Shown in pieces: positions 37,162 through 50,237 of a stretch of 64,000 nucleotides of DNA. How positions within the stretch are numbered: position 1 is the stretch's first letter; every line of letters starts with the position of its first letter. The translations under genes and the position numbers were made by a program. The notes beneath the pieces were generated by a model. That model saw only the letters and a program-made list of their open reading frames with translations. It made no database searches and was not told the DNA's origin. The DNA is from Octopus sinensis (lineage: Eukaryota), in contig NC_043014.1 in assembly GCF_006345805.1 (NCBI RefSeq), positions 42,346,001-42,410,000 on the forward strand, in the 5' to 3' direction.

Positions 37162-37390
37162 CGGCGAGCTGGCAGAAACGTTAAAACGCCGGGTGAAATG
37201 CGTAGCCGTATTTCGTCTGCCGTTACGTTGTGAGTTCAAATTCCGCCGAGGTCGACTTTGCCTATCATCCTTTCGGGGTCGATAAATTAAGTACCAGTTA
37301 CACACTGAGGTCGATGTAATCGACTTAATCCGTTTGTCTGTCCTTGTTTGTCCCCTCTATGTTTAGCCCCTTGTGGGCAGTAAAGAAATA
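37162..37390 (+). mobile_element. SINE family B, full-length monomer
   Basis: ggcgagctggcagaaacg...gaggtcgactttgcc...agccccttgtgggcagtaaagaaata; flanked by taaagagctag on both sides (possible TSD). Confidence 0.85.
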
Positions 37391-39398
37391 TATAAAGAGC
37401 TAGTTTTGTTGATGGTGGGAGTTAAGATTTAGACAGATCTAGCGAATCCAATGGCGTTCAACGATTCAAATACCGAGACTTACAAAGAAAACAAAAAAAA
37501 AACCCCAACTCTTTTTCCTGTTTCAGTACCCTGTAGTGGAGGTACTGCCACCTCAGTAATTATTTTTTTCAAAGTCTGCTACCTTTATCGATCTCTTCCG
37601 CTGAACAGCTAAGTTACAGGAACGTAACTGTCAAGCGGTTTATGTGTGTGTGAGGAGAGGAAGAAGGCAAAAATCGCAAAGACAGACTTACTTACGTAAT
37701 ACATACATACATACGACGGGCTTGCCCACTTTCTGCCAACCAAATTAACTCTCAAGGTATTGGTCACCTTGGGACTATAGTAGGAGACATTTGCCCGAAG
37801 CTCCATGCAAGTCAGACCGAACACAAAATCATGTAGTTGCGAAGCGAACTTCTTAACCTTGTGGCTTTTAACGAAAAAACGTGTTTATACCCCTTTGTCG
37901 AACGACAAAATAATAAAAATCTATCCTGAATTCATTAAACATGGTAATTTGTCCACCCACCCTTGAAAAAGGTAATCCACATTAGTGAGGAAAAGCGCAA
38001 TATTAATAAAAACAGCTATTAATGAAAAAAAAAAAAAATTATTAGCAACGAATTGATGGCTGCAGGCATTATTAGATGGGGCCATGCTGGGTGGGATACT
38101 GCCAAGAAAGGCATTAAGTAGAGTCGACTATATCGACCCCCGAAAGGATGAAAGGTAAAGTCGACCCAGATGGAAGACTTTCAGATCAAGACATAAGCAA
38201 ATACGAAAAAGCAGGGCCATCAGAGCAGCATTATAGGCCCCCGAGCGAGGTACAACATACATAGATCATAACTGGGCTTCTAGATCCTAGAGCCCGTTCC
38301 CACCTTAATCCCGAGGCGACTGCTCAGTGTACCCATGCTTTAGGGTGGCATTGCTAAAAGGTGGTTTTCTCCAGCGCTCAGCTGATCCGGCGAATCAAAC
38401 TGTCTTTCCAGGTGAAAAGTTAATTGAAAATTCAGTTTCAGTCGAAGTCAAAAAGCTGCTGCAGGAAAACTAATTGATAAGCGAGTACACATTAAGAACT
38501 ACTTATTTGGAAACTATGCTTAGTTACTAAAAATAAACATCAGCTCTCTATGAAAGCTTGATCGAACAGAACAAAGTCCCCGCCCTCTTCTCTTTCACAC
38601 ACACACCGCTTAATGTTTTTGTGATATATGTTAACCTATTTTTTCGAGGATAATATGAAATTGTCAGCAAGCTCAGCAAACCTGATCGAACGACGATCAA
38701 ACGAACTGCTAGAAATAGTAGCCAAAAATCCCTCAGATTGCATCCTATATATCGTCTTGGAGAAGGTCATCGGATGATGTGGCCTTGAGTGCACTGTGTA
38801 TGGAGGGAGGAAAGACGTGATGGCCAGGACAGGAAAGTTTTTATTATAAGTCTGTTCAATCAAGAATTTCTTTCTACTACCAAGAGATGGTCTGAAAGTT
38901 TTGGGGAAGTGGATAATCAATTACATCAACCGTAGTGTTCGACTGGGTACTTATTCTATTGACCCCCAAAAAGGTGAAAGGCAAAGTCGACCTCGACGGA
39001 ATTTTGAACTCAGATCGTAAAACCGAAAGCGTTTTGCCCTTTGTCCTAACGATTTTGCCAGCTTGCCGCCTTTGTTGAATCAAAGAACAAACCCCGGTTA
39101 AACAGCACCAGTTTGGTAAATAAATAACATCAGGGAGCAAAAACCCAGTTCCTATCTCTCGGCTTGCTCTTTGCCATCTCGGCTCAAGAAGCTTCAAGTA
39201 AGAAACATTCTCTTGGCCGTTATAAACTCAGCTTCGGTCTTAACAAGTGGCCAAAAAACTTCATCGTAGGTCTGACCTAGGGGCTAATCAAATAACAACA
39301 GACCTCATTCCCTACCTCCGCTTACAACGAAGATCAGTTTGTTGTGTCCACAAAAAAGCCTTCAAATACTTCGATTATATATGTCTTATTTTGTGGAC

Positions 39399-39521
39399 AG
39401 GCTGTTCTAGATTACACAAATAAAACCCTCTGACACCAACGTCAGTGGATGAATGCAGAGGCTGTTCTAGATTACACAAATAAAACCCTCTGACACCAAC
39501 GTCAGTGGATGAATGCAGAGG
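39399..39521. repeat. Exact 60-bp tandem duplication
   Basis: aggctgttctagattacacaaataaaaccctctgacaccaacgtcagtggatgaatgcag x2. Confidence 0.92.
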
Positions 39522-39632
39522 AAAAGTTATTGTGCAATGAAAAACGCACATTAATGAAATAAAAAAAAGAAAAGAAAAGACAAAACAAAAAACAATCTCG
39601 TATGAATTCTTATCTGCCAAAGAGATATGACG

Positions 39633-39635
39633 TAC

Positions 39636-39668
<33 letters not shown>

Positions 39669-39714
39669 ATACACATACACACACACACATATATATATAC
39701 ACACACACACACAC

Positions 39715-39745
<31 letters not shown>

Positions 39746-39754
39746 TATATATAT

Positions 39755-39785
<31 letters not shown>

Positions 39786-39915
39786 CACACACATATATAT
39801 ATATATATATATACACCACACATATATATACACACACATATATATATACACACACATATATAATATATACACACATACATATACACACACATATATATAT
39901 AACACACACACACAC

Positions 39916-39946
<31 letters not shown>

Positions 39947-39954
39947 TATATAAT

Positions 39955-39985
<31 letters not shown>

Positions 39986-39992
39986 CACACAC

Positions 39993-40023
<31 letters not shown>

Positions 40024-40217
40024 TATATATATATACACACACATATATATATACACACACATATATAATATATACACACATACATATACACACACATATA
40101 TATATACACACACACATATATATACACACACCACACACATATATATACACACACACACACACATATATATATACACACACACACACATATATATATACAT
40201 ACACACACATACACACA
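39633..40217. repeat. Compound (AT)n/(AC)n microsatellite
   Basis: Direct inspection. Confidence 0.95.
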
Positions 40218-40867
40218 ATCAGACATTCTGGGAAAACTTATGGCTTTCACAAGAAGTTCAAGCATAAAAAATTGCGTAATCCTAATGAGCACTACTCTAA
40301 TTCACAGACAACTTTCACACTGTCGACGAACGAAACAAACCTCAAAATATTCGATTGAAACAGCTTGTGCATATATTTCCAACCGAGAAGCATTTGTGTG
40401 AATAAGTAACCTTCAAATAAACACAGAAAGGTGGATAGTTTTAAGAGGACTATCTATCTATCTATCTGAATGAAGTTTTTCTTCTTTTCTTTTTCTGATA
40501 GAATGTTTTTTAATAGTGCAACTAACATCTTAGTATCTTTCAGTTAATTTTTTCTCCTTCCAAAATTTACTAGGCCAGTTGTCCCCCCGAGCGTAACCTT
40601 TAATAGTCGATTAAGTTGCGAGTGCAAGTGTTTATAGGATGTCACAGTGACTTGTGGAGAATGTGGACTTAAAAATAAGTCATGTTCTAAAAGACGCATT
40701 TCTGATGACAAGATAAACACACATACACACACAGAGAGGGTTGATTCGTCGATATTTGTTTTGTCCGAGAGAAAAAAAAAAAAAAAAGGATCAAGAAACT
40801 AAACACAGACAGGGCATTTGAAAGGATATTATTTTTTTTTTTACTAGAAGATACAAAGACACAAAGT

Positions 40868-41282
40868 GGATTTTTCGGTTTGACCGGCAGTTTTTAAAAA
40901 AATAATTTCCACGTAACTAAACACTTTTAAACTTCGTATACTGGTAGAATGTGTTTCTAAAACATCTTTTTCTCTTGACTTTATTGAGAAAATTCTATAG
41001 TTTGTAAGATATTTGTTGTTTTTTCTTCTTCAATTTCTGCAATTTCAACCAATCAATGACATCCATTGAGACAAAAAAACATTCTGTGCTGTACGAATAT
41101 GTCCCTCGTTTAAGAAACAGATTGGGTTTATTTACATTTGTGAAGAAAAAAAGATACCCTTCCTCCCACCCCTAACCCTAAAATAGATTGAAATGCAATA
41201 GATCGATACTAGGATCATAATTATGGGTGACAATTTCATATGACACCGCTAGAAAAAACTGCCGTTCAAACCGAAAAGATCC
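40868..41282. mobile_element. Third copy of the GGATCTTTTC-TIR MITE (no recognisable TSD)
   Basis: ggatttttcggtttgaccggcag ... ctgccgttcaaaccgaaaagatcc; interior matches 32399-32801. Confidence 0.88.
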
Positions 41283-41381
41283 GACTTCCGTATTATTGAG
41301 TATCCTCCACCAGGAAATGTCCTTTACTTCTTACTTTTAAAGTTGTTCAAAAATAATAAAATTAAACCAATATTTTTTAAG

Positions 41382-41700
41382 ATGCCGAGCTGGCAGAATC
41401 GTCAGCACACTAGCCAAACTGCTTCGAGACATTTCGTCCGTCTTTACGCTCTGAGTTCAAATCCCAACAAGGTCGACTTTGCTTTTCATCTTTTCGGGGT
41501 CGATGAAGTAAGTACCTATTTCTTTATTACCCACAAGGGGCTAAACATAGAGGGGACAAACAAGGACAGACATAGGTATTAAGTCAATTACATCAACCCC
41601 AGTGTGTAACTGGTACTTAATTTTTCGACCCCGAAAGGATGAAAGGCAAAGTCAACCTCGGCGGAATGAAGTAAGTACGACTGATGCATGGGGGTCGATA
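41382..41700. mobile_element. SINE family B with an antisense family B copy nested inside (13-bp TSD)
   Basis: atgaagtaagtac at 41503-41515 and 41666-41678 flanks a minus-strand body fragment. Confidence 0.8.
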
Positions 41701-42644
41701 TTGACTTCCTCGAAATTGATGGCTTTGCGTGAAAATTTTTTAAATCAATATTTTCAAGTTATATTAAACTACGCTGAGAAATTCCGTTTTATTCTCAAAT
41801 CAATAATCTATATAAACAGTCTTTTTGTTTGTTTTAACGATTTCAAGTTTCAAAATTACATAATTTGTTTTCATAAACGTAAAAAGTTTTAATTCCACAC
41901 TTCAAGCCTACCCCGCCCAAACCTTGAATGCGACCCAAAGTACACACAAAAATCAAAAACTCTTTTCTTTAAGCCAGATTAAAACAATTAAAAGGATGCA
42001 ATGTAATATACTGCCAAAATTTAAAAGTTGCAAATTTTTGCAACCTGTAAAGAACCAACCATTCATATCTCAAGTTCTCTATTGCAAGGAAAATGCGACT
42101 GAGTTTTGTACGAAAACGAAATACCATATGATAATTACTGAGTGCGGTTTACCGCAGTATCCGTCGTCTACGCTGTGAAATGACCTGATATGAGCCGGGA
42201 TTAGGGTCAGATAATACGCTAAAGTGTAAAAGGCCGGACCAGACCGCACGCTAAAATAGCACCAATTACTGATAGCACAATGCTTCATTTTTCTTTATTA
42301 AAGATTAAAATTAGAATCCAATTACGGACTAAACAAATCACGGTTATCATTCATAAGCGAGTAAGATAACTTGGGGAGCAAACATCGAGTTTTCGCTGTC
42401 GTTTAAGGGCCTCTGTATTGGTGACCAAGGTATCGACACACTCTCGGCCAACCCGCACTTGACCCAACTGAATATCGAGAACACGACAGCTAGCTGGTGC
42501 TCATTATCGAACGATTAGGCAGGAGCAGCATGAATCGAACCCTCTATCCTTACGATCGCAGACCAAAAACTTTAACCGTTAGGCTACGCACATTCCCAAC
42601 CTGAATAACAACAACACTATTATTATTAATAATAATAATCCGTT

Positions 42645-43010
42645 TTACTAAAGGCACAAGGCCTGAAATTTTTGGGGAAGGGTAAGTCGATCACATCGAC
42701 CCAGTACTTGACTGGTACTTAATTTATCGACCCCGAAAGGATAAAAGGCAAAGTCGACCTCGGCTGAATTTGAACCCAGAACGTAAAATATATCGCCCGG
42801 CGTGCTAACGATTCTGCCAGCTTGCCGCCTTAACAACAACAACAACAACAACAATAATAACCCAGTGCTCAATTGGTACTTATCTTACTGACCCCGAAAG
42901 AATGAAAGACAAAGCCGACCTCGGCGGAATTTGAACTCAGAACGTAAGGACTGACGAAATACCGCTAAGCATTTAGTCCAGCCTGCTAACGATTCTATCA
43001 GTTCACCGCC
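42645..43010 (-). mobile_element. Two SINE family B copies
   Basis: gaccccgaaag.at.aaag.caaag.cgacctcggc motifs at about 42730 and 42890, each with a head to the right. Confidence 0.75.
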
Positions 43011-44730
43011 TTGATGATGATAATCTCCCTCCATCCGATTTGATACTTGAGCTCTGGCCTTCCGTCCTTTCTTATATAGACACAATACCAGGTTGGGGAG
43101 AGGAACGAGAACTATTGACTATATAACTTGTCTAGTACTTTATTTCAACGGCCCTTTTTCAATGGTTGAAGTTGACCCTGACAACAAGTGAACTCGGAAC
43201 GTACAGAACCAGAACAAATTTGTAAAGAAGACGGTTACAGTTGATTCAATTGGCTCAGTAGTACCTATTATTTCACCCCTGGATTCTGCCCTTCATTGAC
43301 CCTCATCACCTCTTCCTCCTACAACCGAAACGAAAGAATTCAAACTGAAAATTGTGTCATTCTAACTTAACACCAAACATTTCTTCTAAATAAAGAACAA
43401 GATGCCAGAACAGTTTCACTTTACGTCAGCCTAAAATAGATACAAAATTTATTTTAAAAATATTTCAAATGCCGCACTAAACTTTCACAGCTCCACTTAA
43501 ACATTTATAAACAAGAAAAAAAGAAAAATATTATAACACGTCTTGTTTCGTTCGTGGCCTTCAAATTTGGCAATCTGCATGAAAACACACGGCTTCGTCT
43601 CTGTTAAATACACACGTATCCAATTACAGGATTTGCAAAAAATTTCCTGAGTGGTTAACGTTATTATGATCAAGTCCTTAATTTCCCCAGTTCATTATAA
43701 AGTTACCCACACATCCGCCCACATGATGGAAACTGAAACAACCCATTGCTCAAAAATCGGAATGAGAGCATTGTGCACATCGCATTAGAGCGGACACTAT
43801 TTTATACGGGTATGTGGGCTGTAGCCGGAAGCTATGTTGCGTCGAAGGAACAGGTGGCCATGACCTATGCCATGTCACTGCCTCAGCACTTCTATCACCA
43901 ACGTGGTTATGTGGTACACAAAATACACCGTTTTCATAGCAACCTTTGATTAGGAATTTTGTGCAACTCCTTATTCCATGGCTATAAGTCAGCACAATTG
44001 ATTCTAGTCAATGACTGTTAATATGTCAATCTTGAGCCTACAAGTTCACGAGGTCAGGCTTTATCTGGACTTTTCCAGATGTTTTACAAGACAGGGCGTC
44101 GGTCCGAGTGGTAACCATTTACAGCTGAGTGTACTGGGTTAATGTGAAACGAAGTGCTTTGCTCAAAGATACAACCCATCGACTGACCGAAAACAACAAC
44201 TAATGATCTTAAGCGCAATATTCTAACTACTTGGCCACGAACCTACAACGACAGTGATATGGCTCTTAATTTCGAGTTAGTTCATCATTTTCCGGAACAG
44301 CCGTTAAGACGAGCGAACAATCCAGATACCACAAATAGGACACATCAAGAATTTACTATTCTTCAAAAGGAGACCTTAAAAATACAATCCTTTCTACTAT
44401 AGACACAAGGTCTGAAGATTTGAAGGAGGGGGACAGTCGATTACATCGATCCCCAGAAACTGACTGGTATTTATTTTTACCGATCCCGAAAGGATGAAAA
44501 GCAAAGCCGACCTCGGTGGAATATGAACTGAGGACATAAAGCCGGAAGAAATGACGCTAAGCATTTTATCCGGTGTGCTAATGATTCTACCAGCTCCCTC
44601 CCCGCCTTTGACCATAAAAAATTCAATAAAAATAATTATATGATATAAAAGAAAAATCCTATAATTCTTTCTGGTGTACCTGTAGCAAGCATAAACCTAT
44701 GTTTTTGAAGTAAGAGTGCGAAAATGTTCT

Positions 44731-44833
44731 AAAACAGATTGAAATGCAATAGATCGATACTAGGGTCATAATTATGGGTGACAATTTCATATGACACCGC
44801 TAGAAAAAACTGCCGTTCAAACCGAAAAGATCC
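44731..44833. mobile_element. One-ended fragment of the GGATCTTTTC-TIR MITE
   Basis: agattgaaatgcaatagatcgatactaggg...ctgccgttcaaaccgaaaagatcc. Confidence 0.85.
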
Positions 44834-45273
44834 GCAAATTGTAGAAAGTGTACAAGTGTCAAAAAATGTCATGACAGTCAACCAAAGCACCATTTGATAT
44901 TTCGGCTTTAATCTATCTTGGCCGCCAAATAGAAATTTTCGAAACGGATCGTTAACAACTCAAAACCTTTGGACAAGGTCAGAAATGCACAAACTGTAAG
45001 GCCAAGGAACCAAACAGGTGGGTTTAGGTTTGATGCATTAAAATTTAATAAATAAACTTCTGAACAGTCTAAAAGCCTTTTATAGTTATTGATTATCGAT
45101 TTTAAACGGGTGTTTGAAATACTTCCTTTGACATGCAACTCCTCGATTACTCAATGCAAAAGCCCTCATTAAAAAAAGTATCCCCCCGTCATATCTTTTT
45201 AGCAAGTATCTCAAAGAAAAAAAAAATAAACAAGCTTCCATTTTCCTCTTTTTATTAGGCGAAGGCAAATCAT

Positions 45274-45439
45274 GGATCTTTTCCTTTTGATAGCCAGATT
45301 TCACAAATTACAAATTTAGCAAAAAAACCCAAGTGAAAATAAGGTTTTCTTTTGACACATTTTACCAGTATACGAAGTTTCAAATTGTTTAGTTAACTAG
45401 AAATTGTGTTGAAATCTGGCTATCAAAAGGAAAAGATCC
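45274..45439. mobile_element. Sister MITE subfamily, TIR GGATCTTTTCCTTTTGATAGCCAGATTTC
   Basis: Perfect 29-bp TIRs. It shares the terminal GGATCTTTTC and internal acacatt.taccagtatacgaagttt with the 30927 family. Confidence 0.8.
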
Positions 45440-46229
45440 TACACAGATTAACCATCACAGCAGTCTTTTTGAAGAGCAACATCGACTACCATTATCAAAC
45501 GAGTCTTCTTTTCCTATGATAGTTGGATATGATCCGAAGGAAATTTGGCTGCTATTTCTAGTACGTAGAGCTTTTCCCCCAACGGCACGTAGAGCAGGGA
45601 GAATAGCTACAGAGATATTTAACCACAAACTGACCAGCGCCAATTAGTGGTTGTCATTTTGAAAGAAGCTTCCTCAATATAGCTGGAGCCCATCTCTATG
45701 TCATCATGTCAAGACAAGAGCATGTTTACAAGGTTTATACATCATATTTCCTATTTTAAACCTTGTATTTACGCCCAAAACTAATTGTTTATTATTAGTA
45801 TTAGTACCTATTAGCATTATGGCTTCACCAAAACGTGGAACCGTTGGACTGGATCGAACCACACAACAACACATTTTATGTGTTCGTTGCAAATTGTAGA
45901 TAGGCCCCCAGGTTACAAGTAAGCAAGGCATTGTTAATAATCCCCAAAGCTACATGCCGAAACAATTGAATATACTACAAAAGAACACACACGTACACAT
46001 GCCCTTTTAATAAAATTTCAGAGGTAGATGGAACACCCAGGAAGCCTACATACAGATATATATATATTTCTGGAACAGTAGATCTCGAAGCACACAAAGC
46101 TATAAATAATAGCATGTAAAACTTCGGGGTTTTGGATAGAAAAAGTCAAAGGCTGACATCAGCTAAAAACTGTATATATATTTGTGTGTATATATTAATT
46201 TCTTTTAGATGTAGTGCACCTAGAAGACA

Positions 46230-46489
46230 ATACACATACATACATCTTTCGCTTCACACACACACACATACATACACACACATATATACATACATACATA
46301 CACATACATACATACACACATATACATACATACACACACATATACATACATACACACATATATACATACACACACATATACATACATACACACATATATA
46401 CATACACACACATATATACATACATACATATATACACACATATACATACACACACATATACATACACACACATATACATACACACACAT

Positions 46490-46522
<33 letters not shown>

Positions 46523-46541
46523 CATACACACACATATATGT
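46230..46541. repeat. Compound (AC/AT/ACAT)n microsatellite, followed by a SINE family B body (46543-46693)
   Basis: Direct inspection. Confidence 0.9.
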
Positions 46542-47173
46542 ATAATTCCGCCGAGGTCGACTTTGCCTTTCATCCTCTCGGGGTCGATAAATTAAGTACC
46601 AGTTACGCACTGGGGTCGATGTAATCGACTTAATCCCTTTGTCTGTCCTTGTTTGTCTCTTCTATGTTTAGCCCCTTGTGGGCAGTAAAGAAATATATAT
46701 ATATATTATAGTTTTAGACTATGTCGCCAGTAATAATTACGACTCAACTTCGGCTGGAAATTTTCTTAAAAGTGGAGCGGATATATATATATATATATCT
46801 ATATCTATTATACATACATAACACATAAAACAACATCAATATTACATGAGCAAACGCTGTGTATGTATACAAACATACATATTTATTCACACAAACACAG
46901 GCAGACGAGTACAAAATAAACTTCAAAGTAAACTCGAAAATTAATCACTAAATAACGACCTTCTGAATTTACAGTTTCGTTTTCGCTCCGTTGCCCGCTG
47001 TTTTAGCCCCAGGCCTGTACACGATCGAAAAAAAACCTTATGATCAAAGGCGTTCCAGTAACAGCTATGCCGTCTTTCACTATTTTTTCTTTCGGGACAT
47101 AGCGTATATCTTCCTTCTTTTCCTAGCACCGTATTATTTATTGTCCAATGTTTTCCCCCAACTTTTTTTCTTC

Positions 47174-47700
47174 TTCTTTAGCTGCTATTTCTAGTCAGCC
47201 GAGCTACGTATCCACGTAAGGCGACTTCCCAGCCGGCGCTTCGCTGTATGAGCGCACACATATACACGCACACGCATACACACATTTCTTTAGCTGCTAT
47301 TTCTAGTCAGCCGAGCTACGTATCCACGTAAGGCGACTTCCCAGCCGGCGCTTCGCTGTATGAGAGCGCACACATATACACGCACACGCATTTCTTTAGC
47401 TGCTATTTCTAGTCAGCCGAGCTACATATCCACGTAAGGCGACTTCCCAGCCGGCGCTTCGCTGTATGAGCGCACACATATACACGCACACGCATTTCTT
47501 TAGCTGCTATTTCTAGTCAGCCGAGCTACGTATCCACGTAAGGCGACTTCCCAGCCGGCGCTTCGCTGTATGAGAGCGCACACATATACACGCACACGCA
47601 TACACACATTTCTTTAGCTGCTATTTCTAGTCAGCCGAGCTACGTATCCACGTAAGGCGACTTCCCAGCCGGCGCTTCGCTGTATGAGAGCGCACACATA
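47174..47700. repeat. Minisatellite, 5 x about 104-114 bp
   Basis: Unit ttctttagctgctatttctagtcagccgagctacgtatccacgtaaggcgacttcccagccggcgcttcgctgtatgag(ag)cgcacacat..; length varies only in the AC-rich spacer and one AG. Confidence 0.92.
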
Positions 47701-48213
47701 CATACACACATATTAATATACACGTATACACACTTATGTATACACGCGCACATACTACACACATCTACTGATTAACTAGGTCAACTATTTACTTATTTAA
47801 ACAAAGTTATCGAGCCTGCAAACAACCTTCTCCTTGCTTTGCCTACACTCCACAGTCTCTTCTCTTCTCTCTCTCTGGGTGACTATTACGTCAACGTGAA
47901 CAACGAAATCCGTTTGAGAAAATAAATAGCTGCTGCTTTAGACAGAGTTAATGGTGAAAAAAAAAAAAATATTTTATTATCCCAAACACTACACGGATTC
48001 CTCCTCAGAAGACTAACCAGACACTTTAATAAAAGTTCCAGCGTCAGGAGTAGAAATGGTGAAGTGGTGGCGGTCGGTTGCAGATCGGAACAGGAGCTGT
48101 TTTAAGCCACTAAGTCGGGCTCTCTGATCGGCGGAGCTGTCCTATGTTCAAAAAGGCGTCCCGGTCGTTACCATCCCGTCAGAGACATATACTATTTATT
48201 ACGAGACTATAAA

Positions 48214-48250
<37 letters not shown>

Positions 48251-48722
48251 ATCGTCATCATCTAAGTGTTGGTTCTTCTTTATCTAAAGAGTAGTGATTT
48301 CACGACGAGAGGAATCTGGCTGCTATTTCTAACACGCCGAGCGACTACGTAAAGGCTCCCTCATTGGTTCAAGAAGTACCAAGTGTGTGTGTGTGTGTGT
48401 GTGTGGTGGGGGATACGGCGCAATCACTTCACTTTTTTATTCTTCACATATTTATTCTGGAGTAAATATTATTACTTTATTATTTAAAAAAATAATAATA
48501 AATACAGCAAAACACATTTACTAACTAACAAGAAAAAACTTCGTTCGAATGTCTATCTTGTTACGTAATTTATTTCTGTATCCCGTTAGTTTTTTCTGCC
48601 CTCACTGATAAATTGCGAAGATATACCTAAATTTTGCTCACGTAAGAGTTACGAAGTTTATTGATATAATTTCCTTTTGATCGAGAACAAAGTCAATATT
48701 TATCACTACCTCCCTCCCTTTG

Positions 48723-48756
<34 letters not shown>

Positions 48757-50237
48757 GATAGATAGATAGAAAGAGAGAGAGAGAGGATATTACGGGTGAT
48801 GTTTAGAATCGATTGATTGTTATATTATAACCAGTACTCATGTATCGAACCAGCGAGTTAAGGAAATGTGTATTTGTGAGAGTGTGTATATATATGACTT
48901 AAGTTGTCGTTCGACGTGCTAGAAATAAGTCACATCTCACATAAAATCATTTAAAAACCCCCGAAAAAACTACAACAAACAGCCTATACCAGAATGGTGT
49001 AATCCTAATGCACTATGTTGAAATAAATCACCAGTACTTATATATATATATCAAGCGAACGAGTCGCGCGTGTGTGTGTCTGTAGGGGGACTCTATGGTG
49101 TCGTTCTGAGTGCTAGAAATAACAGTCAACCTCACATAAAAATCTTACAAAAAAAACAAAAACAGGAAGCACACATCGGAAGAATGTAGTCCTTGGTACA
49201 CTATGTCGAAATAAAAGATGGGATGTTTACGGTTGTGACGTCTTTGATCATATGGCCGATTTGAGGCTAAACAATAGCTACCAGCTATTTTATTTTATTT
49301 TACAGAGTTCCCCCAGAAGAACGGATAGTGAAAAATGACTTAAAGTTGGAAGTGTTTGTTTGAAAGGGGGACCCCGATAGTTTGAAACGAAACTGAATAC
49401 TGTAAGGGGACAATCTAATAACGGCGCAGTTATTCAATCGGTCCTTAGCCATTTGTAGGGCTATGAATGAAACGGTAAACGTACATTTGTCGTAGATTCG
49501 TTTTTAAAAATCTCGACACAGCAGAACTTTTAAAAAGAAATAACAATCGAAACGTGAATAAAAAAACTTACTCAACATGTAGAAGAACAGGAGTGATAAG
49601 GGACAAAAAAACAGGAAAATAACGTTTATCAATTACATTAAAATAGTTTGTTCTTTGAGTAGATATATATATATATATATATGTATGTGTATATCAAGAA
49701 AATTCCATTTAAAATCACGACTTCGTCATGTACCTACCTCCCTGGTGGCGATCGCTGCCATAAACTGAACTGACACCATAACTATGCCATGAGATTTGTA
49801 CGAAAATATTACTTTTTATATCGAAAGAACTTAATGATAACGAGGTTTACTCTGCTCTCCCGGACTTGCCGAAGAAAAACACAAAAAAAATAAATGTTGT
49901 TCCGACTATCACAATTATTATTATTATTATTTTTTTTTTTTTATACCTCTCTATCCATTTAACTATTTCTAGTTAAGATGCTCCCTGCATTAAAATATGT
50001 TAACACTAATTCAACACTTAATTTTTTTTCTTTCTTCCTTCCTTTCTTTTTCTCCTTCATGTGCAGAAAGCGTCTAAGAATAATTTCTCTGAATGCGTCC
50101 ACGTTCTTTTCTTTTCTCTCTCTCTCTCTCTCTCTCTCTTTTACGCCTACAAATGTGCATTATTGTAACATTCACCTCGTGATTATCCCATTTCTATTTT
50201 GGCAAGTACAGCGAAGGAAGGCTATGCTTCGCTGAGG

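Noticed and set aside
36167-40292. MYVC/YIYT-type ORFs (also at 21.5, 46.2 and 60.4-61.2 kb)
   Set aside because: They are translations of microsatellites.
43746-43995. GC-balanced unique stretch with short ORFs on both strands
   Set aside because: No recognisable protein motif or convincing splice sites; cannot be supported without a homology search.
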